64,000 nucleotides of DNA from the human T2T-CHM13v2.0 reference genome, Homo sapiens: NCBI RefSeq assembly GCF_009914755.1, contig NC_060926.1; one strand, written 5' to 3'. The translations under genes and the position numbers were made by a program. Under the pieces are notes generated by a model. That model had not been told where the DNA came from and made no database searches. It saw nothing but the letters and a program-made list of their open reading frames with translations. Below are positions 20,047 through 35,684 of this stretch, in pieces; position 1 is the first letter of the stretch, and the number at the start of each line of letters is the position of its first letter.

Positions 20047-20628
20047 CTTCGTGGTTTTATCTACCTTTGGACTTTGATGTTGGTGACCTACAGATGGGGT
20101 ATTGGTGTGGATGTCCTTTTTGTTGATGTTGATGCTATTCCTTTCTGCTTGTTAGTTTTCCTTCTAACAGTCAGGTCCCTCAACTGCAGGTCTGTTGGAG
20201 TTTGCTGGAGATCCACTCCAGACTCTGTTTTCTTGGGTATCACCAGCAGAGGCTGCAGAACAGCAAATATTGCTGCCTGATCCTTCCTCTGGAAGCTTTG
20301 TCCCAGAGGGGTATCCGCCTGTATGAGGTGTCAGTCGGCCCCTACTAGGAGGTGCCTCCCAGTTAGGCTACATGGGGTCAGAGACCCACTTGAGGAGGCA
20401 GTCTGTCCATTCTGCAAGCTCAAACACTGTGCTGGGAGAACCAATGCTCTCTTCAGAGCTGTAAGACAGGGACTTTTAAGTCTGCAGAAGTTTCTGCTGC
20501 CTTTTGTTCAGCTATGCCCTGCCCCCAGAGGTGGAGACTACAGAGGCAGCTGGCCTTGCTGAACTGCGGTGGGTTCCACCCAGTTCGAGCTTCCCCAGCC
20601 ACTTTGTTTACTAACTCAAGCCTCAGCA

Positions 20629-20961
20629 ATGGTGGATGCCCCTCCCCCTGCCAGGCTGCTGCCTTGCAGGTTGATTTCAGACTGCTGCGCTAGCAGTAAG
20701 CAAGGCTCCATGGGCATGGGATCCACCAAACCAGATGCAAGATATAATCTCCTGGTGTGCCATTTGCTAAGACCATTGGAAAAGCACAGTATTTGGGTGG
20801 GAGTGTCCCATGTTTCCAGATACCTTCTGTCACAGCTTCCCTTTGCTAGGAAAGGGAAATCCCCAGACCCCTTGCCCTTCCTGGGTGAGGCGATGCCCCG
20901 CCCTGCTTTGGCTCACCCCCCATGGGCTGCACCCACTGTCCAACTAGTCCTAATGAGATGA
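20629..20961 (+). CDS. ORF0: L1 antisense ORF0, open, 110 codons
   Basis: MVDAPPPARLLPCRLISDCCASS...IWVGVSHVSR matches primate L1 ORF0 as I recall it (MAGAPPPASLPPCSLISDCCAS...); gcaATGg context; expression unknown. Confidence 0.6.
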   Translation: MVDAPPPARLLPCRLISDCCASSKQGSMGMGSTKPDARYNLLVCHLLRPLEKHSIWVGVSHVSRYLLSQLPFARKGKSPDPLPFLGEAMPRPALAHPPWAAPTVQLVLMR

Positions 20962-23522
20962 AGCAGGTACCTTGGTTGGAAATGCAGAAATCACCCATCT
21001 TCTGTGTCAATCACGCTGGGAGCTGCAGACCAGAGCTGTTCATATTTGGCCATCTTGGAATGGAATCCTCTATTTTTAATTTCTGATGAAACTCGATGTT
21101 GTTTTCCACAGTGACTGCACCATTTTACATTCCCACCAACAGTACATGAGGATTCCAACTTCTCCACATCCTCTCCAACGTGTGTTATTTTCTGTTTTTT
21201 TTGTTTGTTTGTTTTAATAGTATCCATCCTAACAGACATAAAGTGATATATCATTGTGGTTTTGATTTACTTTTCCCTTTTAATTAATGATGTTGAACAT
21301 GTCTTCCATATGCTTCTTGGCCATTTGTATATCTTCTTTGGAGAAATGCCCATTTAGGTTGTTTGCCCATTTTTAAATCAAGTTTTTGGTTGTTATTGGG
21401 TTGTCAGAGTTTTTAAAATATATTCCAATTATTATCCCCTTTTCAGATATGTGGTTGGCAAATATTTCCTCCCATTTGCAGGATGACTTTTCATGCTGCG
21501 GATTTTTTCCTTTGTTGAGCAGAAATTTTAAAGTTTGATGTAGTCCCATTTATTTTTGCTTCTGTTGCCTGTGTTTTTGATGTCATATTCATGAAATCAT
21601 TGCCAAATCCAGTGTCATGAAGGTTTCCTCCTATGTTTTCTTCTAAGAATTTTATAGTTTCAGGTCTTATCTCTAGGTTTTTAATTAATTTCAAGTTAAT
21701 TTTCGTGTATGGTATAAGAAAAGGGCCTAACTTTTTCCTTTTACATATGAATTTTCCTAACCAAATTTGTTAGAGAAATTATCCATTCCCCATTGTGTAG
21801 TCTTGGTATCTTTGTCAAGGATCATTTGACCATAGATGTGAAGGGAACATTTCTGGGCTCTCTATTCTGTTATATTGGTCTATATGTCTGTCTTTATGCC
21901 AGTACCATACTCTTTTGATTGGTGTAACTTTGTAATATGTTTTGAAAACAGTATGTATGAAGCCTCCAGCTTTGTTCTTCTTTCTCAAGATTATTATGGC
22001 TATTCAGGGTGTTTTGCAATTCCATTCAAATTTCAGGATTTTTTTTTTGTTTCTGCAAAAAGTGCCATTGGGATTTAGGTAGGGATTTTCTTTGCTTATG
22101 TTTATTCCTGTATGTTTTGCTCTTTTAAATGAAATTGCAAATGTAATTCTTTTCTCATTTTCCTTTTTGGATTGTTCATTGTTAGTGTATAGAAATACAA
22201 CTAATTTTTGTGTGTTGATTTTGTATTTTGCAGCTTTTCTAAATTTGTTGATCTGTTCTAACAATTTTCGTATGTGTGTATGTGTGTAATCTTTAGAGTT
22301 TCTACAAATTTGATCACATCATCTGTGAAGAGAGGTAATTTTGCTTCTTTTTTTCACAATTTGGATGCCTTTTATTTCTTTTTCTTGCCTAATTGCTCTA
22401 GCTAAGACTTCTAGCACTATGTTGAATAGAAGTGGTGAGAGTAGGTATCTTTGCCTTGTTCCTAACCTTAAAGGAAAGTTTTCCATGTTTCACCATTGAG
22501 TATGATGTCAGCTTTAGTCTTTTCATATATAGTCTTTATTATATTTATATATTTCCTTCTATTCATACATAAGTGTTTTGTCATAAAACAGTGTTGAATT
22601 TTGCCAAATGCATTTTCTACATCAATTGAGATCATCATGTGATTTTTATTGTTCATTCTGTTAGTGTAGTATATTACATTGTTTGATTTGGGTATGTTGA
22701 ACAATCCTTGCATACCAGGGATAAATCCCACATGGTTTTGATGTATAATCCTTTTAATGTGCTGTTAAATTTGGCTTGTAAATATTTTGTTGAGGATCTT
22801 GGCAACTATATTCATCAACAATACTGGTCTGCAGCTTTCTTTTCTTGTACTATTTCTGCCTAGCTTTGGTGTCAGGTAATGCTGGCCTCATAAAATGAGT
22901 TTAGTAGTGTTCTGTTCTCTTCAATGTTTTTGGAAAAATTTGAGAAGGATTGGTATGAATTTTTCTTTAAGTGTGTGTAGAATTCTCCAGTGAAACCATA
23001 TGGTCCTCTGCTTTACTTTGTGGGGAGATATTTGATCAATGATTCAATCTTTGTACTAGTTATAGGTCTGTTCAGATTTACTATTACATCATGCTTCAGT
23101 CTTGGTCTGTTATATTTTTCTAGGAATTTATTCATTTCTTCTAGGTTATCCAGTTTTGTTGTCATATAATTGTTCATAGTAGTCTCTTACTATCATTTTA
23201 TTTCTGCAGTATCAGTTGTAATGTCTCTTTCATTTCTGATTTAAATTGGTTGAGTCTTCTCTGTTTTTTCTTACTCTAGCTATGAGCTTGTCAATTTTGT
23301 TGATCTTCTCAAAAAACAAACTTTTTTAAATTTTCCTATTGTTATTCTATTCTCTATTTTATTTCTTTCTGCTCTTATCTTTATTATTTCATTTTTTCTT
23401 CTAATTTTGGATTTAATTTGTTTGTCTACTTCTAGCTTCTTGAGGTGTAAAGTTAGTTTGTTTATTTGCAAGCTTTGTTCTTTCTTAATGTAGGTGTTTA
23501 CCACTATAAATTTTCCTGTTAG

Positions 23523-23860
<338 letters not shown>

Positions 23861-24635
23861 TGTTGTCTTTTCATTTTTATTTGTTTCAAGATACTTCTAA
23901 TCTCTCTTGTGATTTCTTATTTGACTCATTGGTTGTTCAAGAGTGTGTTGTTTAATTATCACATATTTGTGAGTTTTCCAGTTTTCCTTTTGCTATTGAT
24001 TTTTAGTTTCATTCCATTGTGTTTGGAAAAGATACTTGATATGATTTCAGTATTTGTAAATTTCTTAAGGCTTGCTTTGTGACCAAACATGTGATCTATC
24101 TGGCAGAATGTCCTATGTGTGCTTGAGAAGAAAGTGTATTCTGGTTCTGGTGGGTGGAATGTCTGTATATGTTTGTTAGGTCCAATCGATCTACAATATT
24201 GTTCAAGTCCTCTGCTTCCTTATTGATCTTCTGTCTGGTTGATCTATCCATTATTGAAAGTATGGTATTGAAATGTATAATTATTGTGTTACTGTCTATT
24301 TTCTCAAGTCTGTCAATGTTTGCTTCATATATTTGGTTGCTCTGAAGTTAGTTGCATACATATTTGTGATTGCTATATCTTCGTGGAGAATTGACCGTTT
24401 TATCATTATATAATATTCTTCTTTGCCTCTTGTGACAAATTTTGACATAAAGTCTATTTTGCCTGATATAAATATGTTCACACTTGCTCTATTTTGGTTA
24501 CTATTTGCATGGAAATATTTTTTCCACCTTTTCACTTCAGCCAGTGTGTATTCTTAAATGTAAAGTGAATCTCTGTAGAAAATACATAGTGGCATCTTAT
24601 TTTTTTAATCCATTCAGCCACTCTATGTTTTTTGA

Positions 24636-24954
<319 letters not shown>

Positions 24955-25287
24955 AGTCCATTCACATTTAAAGTAATTATTGATCGGAATGACTTACTAT
25001 TTCCATTTTGGCAATTGTCTTTTGTCTGTTTTGTAGTTATTTTGTCTCTTTTTTCTTCTCTTGCTGCTTTCGTTTGTGATTTGTTGATTTTTTTTATGCT
25101 TTGATTATTTTCTCGTTTTCTTTTGTGTATCTACCATATGTATTTCCTTTGTGATTACTATGGGGCCCACAAAAAACATCTTACAGTTATCACAATCTAT
25201 TTTAAGCTGATAACAATTCCAGTTGCATACAAAATCTCAAATCTTTTTCATCCCTCCCAACTTTATGTTGTTGATGACACAAATTAG

Positions 25288-25636
25288 CACCATCATCCCT
25301 CTGCATTTGTGGGTTCCACGTCCATGCATTTAACCAACTGTGGGTCAAACATACCTCCACAACAATAAAAATAACAATACAACAATAAAAATAATACAGA
25401 TATTAAAACAATACAATATAGCAACTGTTTACATAGCATTTACATGTATTAGATTTAAGTAATAAGTAATCTATTAATGTATAGGCAATCTAGAGATAAC
25501 ATAAATTACATTGGAGGATGTGCATATGTTATATGCAATACTACACCAGTTTAAATAAGGGATGTGAGCATTTATGGATTTTGATATCTGCAGGGGTTCC
25601 TGGACCCAATTTCCTGTGGCTACTGAGGGATGACTG
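25288..25636. mobile_element. Tigger3a/MER7-like MITE
   Basis: Terminal inverted repeats catcatccctc ... gagggatgactg followed by TA; typical internal ggaggatgtgcatatgttatatgcaatact. Confidence 0.85.
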
Positions 25637-26527
25637 TATTTTTATATTTTGTGTTTATTAACATGGTTTATAGTTGTAGTTATTTGTTAAGCTTTCATAT
25701 TTTAAAGTCTATACCAGAATTTAAAGTGATTTATGTACCACCATTACGGTGTTATAGTATTCTATATTTGTCTCTGTACTTCTTTACTAGCAAGTTTTGT
25801 ATTTTTGTATGCTTTCATGTTGCTATCTTATGTCCTTTCATTTCAACCTGAAGGATGCTCTTTAGCTTTTCTTATAAGGCAGATCTAGTGATGATGAACT
25901 CTCTTGGCTTCTGTTTATCTGAGAAAATCTATTTCTCCTTCATTTTTGAAGGATATTTTTACAGTAAATAGTATTCTTGGTTGACAGTTTTATTCCTTCA
26001 GCACTTGGACTATATCATCCTATTCCCTTCTGGCCTCTAAAGTTTCTGCTGGGAAATCCACTGATAATCTTATGGGAGCTCCCTCATATCTAACAAGTCA
26101 CTTTTCTCTTCCTGCTTGCAAAATTCTCTTTCTGATTTTTGACAGTTTGATCATAATGTGTCTCAGAATAGGCCTATTTTGTTCATCTTATTTAGAGTCC
26201 TTTGAGCTTCTTCAATTTTAATGTCCATTTTTTTCCTTCAGCTTTGGGAAGTTTTCAGCCACTATATTTTAAAATAAGCTCATTGTCTACTTCTCTCTCA
26301 CTGCTCCTTCTGAAACTCCCATTATTCACATATTTGTCAACTTGATGGTGCGCCATGAGTCCCTTTTGCTTTCTTCAATTTCATTTTGTGTTTTGATCTT
26401 CTGGCTCAATAATTTCAAATGGCTTGCCTTCAAGTTTGCTGATTCTTACTTCTGCTTGATCAAGTCTGCTGTTGACTCCCTCTAGTGAATTTTTCAATTC
26501 AGTTATCAAATTCTTCACCTCCAGAAT

Positions 26528-26761
26528 TTTATTTATTTATTTATTCATTTATTTATTTATTGAGGCAAGGTCTCACTCTGCCACCCAGACTGGAATGCAG
26601 TGGCACAATCACGGTTCACTGCAGTCCCAACCTCCCAGGCTTAGGCAATACTCCACCTCAGCCTCTTGAGTAGCTAGGACTATAGGTGCATGCCACCATG
26701 CCTGAATAATTTGTTTTTTAATTTTTTTGTAGAAACGGGGTCTTCCTATGTTGCATAGGCT
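26528..26761 (-). mobile_element. 5'-truncated AluJ
   Basis: (TTTA)n tail, J-type right arm; TSD cagaattt on both sides. Confidence 0.88.
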
Positions 26762-26944
26762 CAGAATTTCTTCTTGTTTTTTCTTCATAGTTTCCATCAC
26801 TTTATTAATTTCTCATTTTGTTCATGCATTGTTTTCTTGATTTTGTTTAGTTATCCATCTGTGCTCCCTTTTAATTTATTGAGCATTTTTATGACAATTA
26901 TTTTAAATTATTCATATATCTCTATTTATTTTCTTATTAAGTTT

Positions 26945-27102
26945 TTCTTTTGTTGTTGTTGTTGTTTGTTTGTTTGCTTGTTTTAGATACAGGTTTCACT
27001 ATGTTGCTACCCAGGCTGGTCTCAAATTCCTGGGCTCAACTTATCCTCCTGCCTCAGCCTCCCAAGTAGCTGGGACTATAAGCATGTACCACTATGCTTG
27101 GT
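26945..27102 (-). mobile_element. FLAM (free left Alu monomer)
   Basis: Single monomer with (TTG)n/(TTTG)n tail. Confidence 0.8.
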
Positions 27103-27865
27103 TTAGCTCTGTTTCTTTAGGGTCAGTTTCTGGAAGTTTAATTTGCTCCTTTGATTGAGCTGTGTTTCCCTGATCTCTGTATGCCTTGTTATCTTCTGAT
27201 GAGACCTTGGCATCTGAAAAATCAGCCACCTCTCCTAGTCTATGTGGTCTGGTTTGTACAGGGAAATCTTCCACCATTTGTCCCAGCTAGAGTTTGTAGA
27301 CATCTTGCAAGTCTTTTCTAGGATATGTTCTTTCTGGGCTTGTGCATGTGTGTCATCTCCTAATTGAAGAGGTTTGCCAGTTTCTACCTGGGAGCTCCTC
27401 CTATTGCCTATCTGTGGCAGTGCAGACTCTCATGCTGGACTAAGCCACATTTATTGTCTTTGTTCTCAGTGGTCTCTAACCCAGTGCCTTGTTCCTGTCA
27501 CCACTTAGATCCAGACAAGACAAAAACCCCTCCAGGCAGTCCCCTCCAAAAGTCAGACTTGTTGGACACATATTCTGCCTTCTCTTTCTCTCCCTGGGTA
27601 GAAGTTGGGATTTGGAAGTTTTCTCCAAATCATACAGTACTGTGTGGAGAGAAGGAACTTTAGTGAGTGAGTGCCACAGATTTTCCTGCCTGGCTTTGAT
27701 TCAGTTGGCTTCATGTTTTCCTGGAGTTCAGGAGCCTCTTAACTTGTTTCTGGATTTTTCACAAAGGCAGCTGGTGTGTGTGTTGTTGTGTCAGTGTCTC
27801 TGTAGAGGAAGGAGGGCCTGGGACTTCACATTCTGCCATATTATTCATGCCACTCTTTTGACCTG

Positions 27866-28535
27866 AATTATTTGAAAGCAAATCCCAGACATTGTATAAT
27901 TTCATCCATAAACATTTCAGAATATATCCCTAAAAGAAAATTATTATTGGTATATGCAACAGAATTAACAAAAAGTCCTTAATATAACTATCAAATTTCC
28001 AACTACCATGAAAATTTTCCACTTTTTCCACGATTGTTTATTAAAACTTAGTTTATTCAAATCACACTCTAAACAAGGTCTTAATTGCACCTAGATGATA
28101 TGTCCTTTAAGACTCTTGATCTTTTGGTTCCTCCTGCCTCTCTTTTTTTCTTATAATGTATCTACTGAAGAAATCAAATAGATTATTATGTAAAATTTCT
28201 CACATTCTGGATTTTTATTGCACTCCTATGATGTCTTTTAATGTGTTCCTCTGTCCCCTGTATTTTCTATAAACTGTTAGATTTAGAGGCTTGATGAGAT
28301 TCAGGTTTATGTACTACCTATTATGTCACATCAGGAGATTGAACTATCTGACTACCCCTCTTTTTTGTGATGTTAAGTTTGATTAATAGGTCTAGGCATT
28401 GTCAGACAGATCTGTTCATTATAATGTTTCCCATCGGCTACTCATCTGATAGTTTAGCAGACATTAATAATCACTGGCTCCATTGATTGTTTTATTTGGG
28501 ATTTTTAAATGGCAACATGCTACTCTACCATTCCT
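27866..28535 (-). mobile_element. Old L1MC/ME 3' region, right part
   Basis: gaaagcaaatcccagacattgtataatttcatccataaacatttcag...; continuation of 12600-12772. Confidence 0.7.
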
Positions 28536-28699
28536 TGCAGAAGCACATTTCATAAGAACAAGGTAATATTCTATAAGCGTCCATCATCTCATATAAAATG
28601 GGGATGATAACACCTGCCTTACCTTACCTTATACCTTGGATGGATGCATAAAGCATTTGGTAAGCTGAAGTCACTATATAAATGTATGGTAGACACCAT

Positions 28700-29099
28700 A
28701 GTTGATCCCCCAAGATGCATGCCGCTTCAGAGGGTGCACAGAAATCAATCATGCTAGTAACTGATCTGAGAATGGGCTTGTGACCCTACCCTCATGGCTG
28801 AGTCATGAGGGGATGCTCCTGAGAAGCTCCTGGGAAAAGGTCTTTTCTTGCTAAACAAAGCCACAGAAAGAGACAAATAACTTTTGTTTTCTCTGAATAA
28901 TGCCATATCTGGAAATGTTACTACCAACCTTGCTACTACACCAAGGAGATACTCAACGACACTAGTAATCTGATGAATCAACTAACTCTAAAGCCCCTCA
29001 TTTTAAGGAATCTCCTGTTATGAGAGAGAAAATATTCATTGCTGCTAGCTAGTTTGAGTTGGGGTTTCTGTTGCAATGGAAAACATTCTAATCAGTACA
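28700..29099 (+). mobile_element. MLT1J-like MaLR LTR
   Basis: tgggcttgtgaccc...ctgttatgagagagaaaata...gagttggggtttctgttgc...cattctaatcagtaca. Confidence 0.65.
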
Positions 29100-30889
29100 A
29101 AAAATCAAGAATGATAATGGTGGTAATGGTGATGAATATAGCATTATTTTAAAAACTACCAGGATAGATACTGATATTAGAGGTGTTCAGTAAAATTTGA
29201 ACTGGTAAACATTTACTGTCAGTCAATCCTTCTTGTGTGTGTACTCTGTATAAAGCATTGCACAAAATGATGAAATTTTGCACAGAGAGCTCTCTAAGAA
29301 CGAGCTATATATCACTTCTAATTTAAAGCTATCAGTTCTGATTTCTGTGCTGGGAAAAGGTACCAGTTCATAATCTTATGGTCTTTCCTGAGTTTGGTTT
29401 TCTCTTTTATGTGGGATAATCTAGAAATTTCTTTGTAGGGTAATAACATTTATGAGTGGAGGAAGCACTGAATTCACTCGCAACTCAGGAAAGTTTACAT
29501 GACTTCCCAAAATTGTAAGTCCCCATACATGGATTGTAAGACACTGTCAAAAGCATTTTTAAAATGTACAGTGTCTTTCTTATTTGAGGAATATTTTTTG
29601 ACACACAAAATAATGTGATGCATCCTAAAAACTACATTTAAATCCCAGCAATATCCTGTACGCATGCAATCTTACGTATTTGACGAAACAGCTCCTCATC
29701 TTAGATTTGAATAGAAAATTGCATATTTTGAAAAATGTAAGAGAATGAATCAGAAAGTCTTTAAGATAATTCTTAAACCTCTAAAATGCTACTGAGAGGT
29801 CTCACTGTTAAGAGCCAGGCTGGATATGGGGAGTGCTAGAAATTACCACCTAGCAGAAAATATTAAAATTCATCTCCTTGTCTGGGGAGGGGAATAGTAG
29901 AGACACAGCTCAAATCAAGAGAAAGAGATAAATCAGAAAAGGGCAGTAGATGTAAATGTAGAAAATGGAAAAGAAAGGTGGGAGCGGGAACCAGATCTCG
30001 GCTCCAGAGAATGTCAACCTGCAGGGTTGAGAAACAGGTGAAACATTAAAATAGACACTTGGAGTCTCTAGAAAAAAAATCAAACCAAAGACTATGCAAG
30101 GCACAGCACCCAAGATACATCAAGAGAGAAGAAAAGCCTTATGTGTGATGCAGGGAGACAGAGGCAAACAGGGCTAACAGGGTTACATAGACAGGGTCGG
30201 GGAAACCCAGCTAGGATGAGGAAGTGGCTCTATCATTGGTGTGGATTTTACTTTAAACCAATATGGTGATCCTGGGACACTTAAGGAAATGGCCTTACTT
30301 TCCAAAACCCTGGCACTGGGGTGACTTAGAGAAGGTAACGAGTGTAGGAATGGGTGAATCCTAGGATGAATCAAGACTCCCAAAGCATAAAGTCTGCAGA
30401 CAGAAAGGTGCTGTCTTTCTATTTAAGATGGAATCAAGCCAGTTAGCACGCAGAAATGGGAGTGCTGGAGTCAGGTTCCAGGAGAGCAAGATATCAAACC
30501 AATGTTTAATGGCAGAAGGAATGCAGGTAGGGTCAAGAACTCAAATAACCAACTAGAAGTCAGATCCTTGTAAGAGTAATCTTAAGTAAACGTCCAGGGA
30601 AAAATCTCAAGTCAAGGTCATTAAGCACTAACAAGAGAGCAAGGGCCAGTGTTACTTCTCTGTCAGAACAGGTAACGGCTATGGATGGATGTCTACCTGC
30701 CAGAGGACCTCCTTTGGAGGCATACCCCACCACGGGTGCCTTCCCGTCAGCCCTAAAGTCCTGGGTGTTGAGAAGAGCAGATAGCATTTTTGACCCCTAA
30801 ATCATTATGCAAAGAACATACATGGGATTGGCCTTTGAAAACTCTGGCAAATGTGTCAAAGTATCCGGCTAGGACTGGGCAGGGGAATC

Positions 30890-31378
30890 CTTCATTTTGG
30901 CCTCAAGGTCCTCTCCTCTCCTGCCTCGGACCTGCTGGGTGATCAGGGAGGTTGACTGGTATAAATGGCATCCATTGTTCTCTGGCTTCTGGTTGGTTCA
31001 GCTATTAAAGGAAGCCAGCAGGAGGGTAAAGAGTGAAGGAAGGGTATTTAATCCGTCAGCAACTTCCCTGCTGAGTCACTGCCTCTACAGAAGGCTACAA
31101 CCCACATCAGACAACTCATTCAGCCAACTCACACTTGTACTTCCTGTGTGCTCCCCAGCCCACACCTCCTCAACACACACCTGGTCATCACTCCCTCCCC
31201 TTGCTCTCATTCAAGTCCAGGTGTGGTCAAGCTCCTGCTGTTAAGAGCCACAGGTACCGCACCATACCTGATGGTTTTTCCTAAACTCTGTCCTCACCTT
31301 TGTAAAGAATTCCTTTATTAAGCTCTGTCCAGTTACCCAGCTCTGAATGGGCCATGAGACAGGATTCCGACCGATACA
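30890..31378 (+). mobile_element. LTR16-like ERVL LTR
   Basis: ctctggcttctggttggttcagc...cacctttgtaaagaattcctttattaagctct...ccgataca. Confidence 0.6.
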
Positions 31379-31534
31379 CCGACTAAACTCACCATTGGCA
31401 GTAAAGTTGTTTTTGTATTTCTTTACTTGCAGGCAGATTTTTAAGAGGAATTGGTGTAGCGGTTTCCTAGCTTGTGATGAAAAAGAAAGGGCAAGATGAC
31501 CTCCTTGTGGGAGTCAGTGAGCAGCAGGGGTTGA

Positions 31535-32098
<564 letters not shown>

Positions 32099-32614
32099 TT
32101 ACACAACCTGTCAGAGCTACTCTTTGGCAAAACCCTTCTGTTACTGGGAGAGATGGATTTTTTGCTGCCAGCAACCACATGCATTCAGGAAATTAACTCA
32201 GTGAAAAAGAACCAGAGGCCAGTAGTGGACTCTGTCTTCTCACAACCGTCTTCACCTTTACATTCCAGAATCTGTATTTCTGCTGAAGCTCGGCACACCC
32301 TGACTCCCTGATATTTGGCAAGACTCCCTTGTTTCTCTTCAGTGACTTCCACAAGAAACCTCATTGCTGTACAAGGAGATCAATGACTTGGTGGTGAACA
32401 TTCATCAGTGAATATTCCTCAAGCTTAGTTATAAGCAACATCTTATGTATGGATCATTCTATAGGCAGCTTGGTTCTCAAAGATCTGCTCTGAGGATTCC
32501 TGTCCACCCTTCCTAACCTAAACTTCCCAACCTAAATTATCCAATCTTTTCAGATAGCCCACATCTACTAGCTGACTGTCAGGTTACTTTATACTATATA
32601 GACCATTCTTCCAT

Positions 32615-33000
32615 CTATCCATTCATTGATTCATTCATTCAACGAATATGTATAGTTTGCTAAGTACTGGGTCTGTATCCAGTTATAAGAAGAAATAAAG
32701 CCACCGATTCCTGACTGGAAGAGCTCCAATCATTTTTGGGAAAAGGACAAGTCAGTAACTGCCTGGAACCCAGGGAGCATTTGAACAAAGGGCTGACAGA
32801 GGAGGAAGCAACTGATTCTGCTCGGTTGGGGATGGGGCTGGTGGGGTCAGCAAAGGCTCACATGGAGCCTGGTTGAGACAGTGTGTCAACATTGGAGTGA
32901 TGCCATTTGAATTGGGTTATGAAAGATGATTGGGATCTTACCAGTCAAAGAAAGGGAAGAAGAACACTAAAGACAACAGGAATAGCATGAGTGAAGGTGT
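32615..33000 (-). mobile_element. L2 fragment
   Basis: tcattcattcaacgaatatg tail in antisense. Confidence 0.65.
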
Positions 33001-33099
33001 AAAAATATGCTTCACCAACCCACCCCTAGTCCTTTGCTTCCCTAACAGCCTCCAAACATTGGGGCCCTTGGGCCTTGGTCCTGGGTTCCTGTCTGCCTT

Positions 33100-33972
33100 G
33101 CATCACATGTTCTCATTAGTGAACACATCTGATCTTGTGCATTAAGTCTCTGTGCAGGCACCTCCAGAATGCTCCTCTGTGTTCCAGGCTCATATATGCA
33201 ACTGTTGAGCTGGCATTTCCACTTGGATGTCTATAGGCATCTGAAGATGATCCTCTCAATAAGGGGCCACACAGTTCTGAAGAAATTTGAGTCTTCTTTT
33301 GTTCTTCCCTCAATTTACCCGTGGGTCCTGTTGGCAATACTGCCAAAATATGCCTCAAATCCATTCATTTTCCCCACTTTCATTGGCACTCCTCATGTCT
33401 AAGCCATCTTCCTATCTTGTCTGGACTACTGGATGAGTATGAAGACTGATGTCGCCAGTTCTGTTTTGTTCTCCATACAGTATGCAGGCTGAAGGTTTTA
33501 AAGCATAACTATTTTACTCTCCATCTTAAAACCCTTTAATGACTTCCTATTGTCCTTAAAATACCCCTCAAGCTGGCTTGAGAGGGCTGCAGGATCTCAC
33601 TCCATCCACCTCTGTCAGGTACCTAGAACCAGGTGCTGCATCTCCTCCTCCAGAGGTCTATCTGGCTGCCTCCTCCTCACCCCTCATGTTTTAACTGTAA
33701 TGTTTCATCCTCAGAAAGGTTTGACTACGTTGCCTAAAATACTGCCCTGTCCACTGACTGTCCATGATACCTCCTTGTTGATTCCTTTCTAGAACTTATA
33801 AGTATCACATGGATTTTTAGCTTAAAACATATGTGTCCCCCTCACTGAAATGTAAGCTCCCCAAGGGTGGGAACCCTAACTGCCTAGTGCTCCATCATAT
33901 TCCTAGGGACTGGATCAGTGCCTGGCACAAGGCAGGTTGTACATAACTAGGTGTTGGTGAGAAAATGAATAA
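33100..33972 (+). mobile_element. L2 fragment
   Basis: ccacttggatgtctataggcatctg...tgtaagctcc...cagtgcctggcacaa...aatgaat. Confidence 0.75.
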
Positions 33973-34341
33973 AATGATGGTTTTCCCTCTCTTGGCTAGC
34001 CCTAGATCCTCACCACTGAATCCTTACCCCCTTCCAGGAGCACCGTCCTGTAACTTCAATCCTGCACCAGGTTCCACGCAAACTGACTGAGGCACAAACT
34101 GGTTCCTTTCAAGATTCAGATGTGGGACAAACATCACAACATTTGGAGCTCAAAACTCCTCCATTTGCTGCAAATTTAGAAAAGATCTAATGACCATGGG
34201 ACTGTCTCCTAGATTTTTTTGAATCTAAATTGAAACTTGTCTCCATTTTTCTGCTCTCCAAATCCCCTCTTTCCCATGGACAAGAGTTCATGATGGCTCA
34301 GGGCAGTACTGACCTACTGCCCTGGCTTATATTTCTGACAG

Positions 34342-34390
34342 GTTGGATCAAAGTGCTTTCAATAAGAGAAAAAGAAGGATGAACAAACTG
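34342..34390 (+). other. Exon-like unit (49 nt)
   Basis: atttctgacAG acceptor and CTG|GTGAGT donor; one open frame LDQSAFNKRKRRMNKL. Confidence 0.3.
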
Positions 34391-34693
34391 GTGAGTTACC
34401 TGCCAACTGAGGAAGGCCACAGCCTGACTCCAGCTCTCACCTGACCCAGCTCAGTAGAAAAGGAAGGCAAAAATAAAGATAAAACATGAGTGAGCAGATA
34501 GGACAGGATAACAAATGTTAATATTATTCGCTCCCCTAGCAACACTATGAGTAGCCTTCTGCTGGTTCCATTTCTACTTCCAAATTTTTAAAAATTATTT
34601 TTAATTTTCAAAATGATTTGAATAGACTTGAGAAGAGGGAGATAGCTGTTTAGGTAATGTGTCATTCAATACTATGTTCAGTCCAACCATTAG

Positions 34694-35078
<385 letters not shown>

Positions 35079-35329
35079 TAGTGGTTCATCCTTCACTGGG
35101 TATTATTATATGCTGTGTAATAAGCATACCAGGCACAAGGGAAATAAGGATGAATTTGACACCCTATCTGTTTCTAAGGAAGTTCAAAACGCAGGCAAAC
35201 ATGTAAATGATTAATTAAAACAGTATGGTGCCTGCAATGGTAGGAATGTGTGCAAGGAAGAAAAAGGGTGAGTGTATTTTGCACATGAGAGAATTATAAG
35301 TAATTTTTGGCCAGAGATCGGACTGAAAC

Positions 35330-35670
35330 ACTTTGTAACATGGTCTCTGAATTCTTTGAGACTTCTCCCATCAAGAGAGCATGTCTGAGTCCCCTGTCCT
35401 TGAGCCTGGATCTTGTGACTGATTGACTGATAGAATAAGACAGAAGTGATGCCATGTTGGTTTCTAAGCCTGGGAAGGCCCAAGAAACTGCCAACTTCCA
35501 ATTCCTGCTTCTTAGGTCACTTGCTCTTGGAAGCCACCACATGCTTGGCGGAAGCCCAAAGTAGCCCACCTGGGGTGAACACACGGTGAAGCTGAGACAT
35601 CGTGAAGACAGGGATGTGGCCGGTCTCCACCTGCTCCAGCTCCTCACTGTTCCAGCTTCAACCACTGTCT
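35330..35670 (+). mobile_element. MLT1F/H-like LTR fragment
   Basis: cttctcccatcaagag...cttgtgactgattgactgatagaata...gaagtgatgcc. Confidence 0.65.
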
Positions 35671-35684
35671 GACTGGGTCCCACC

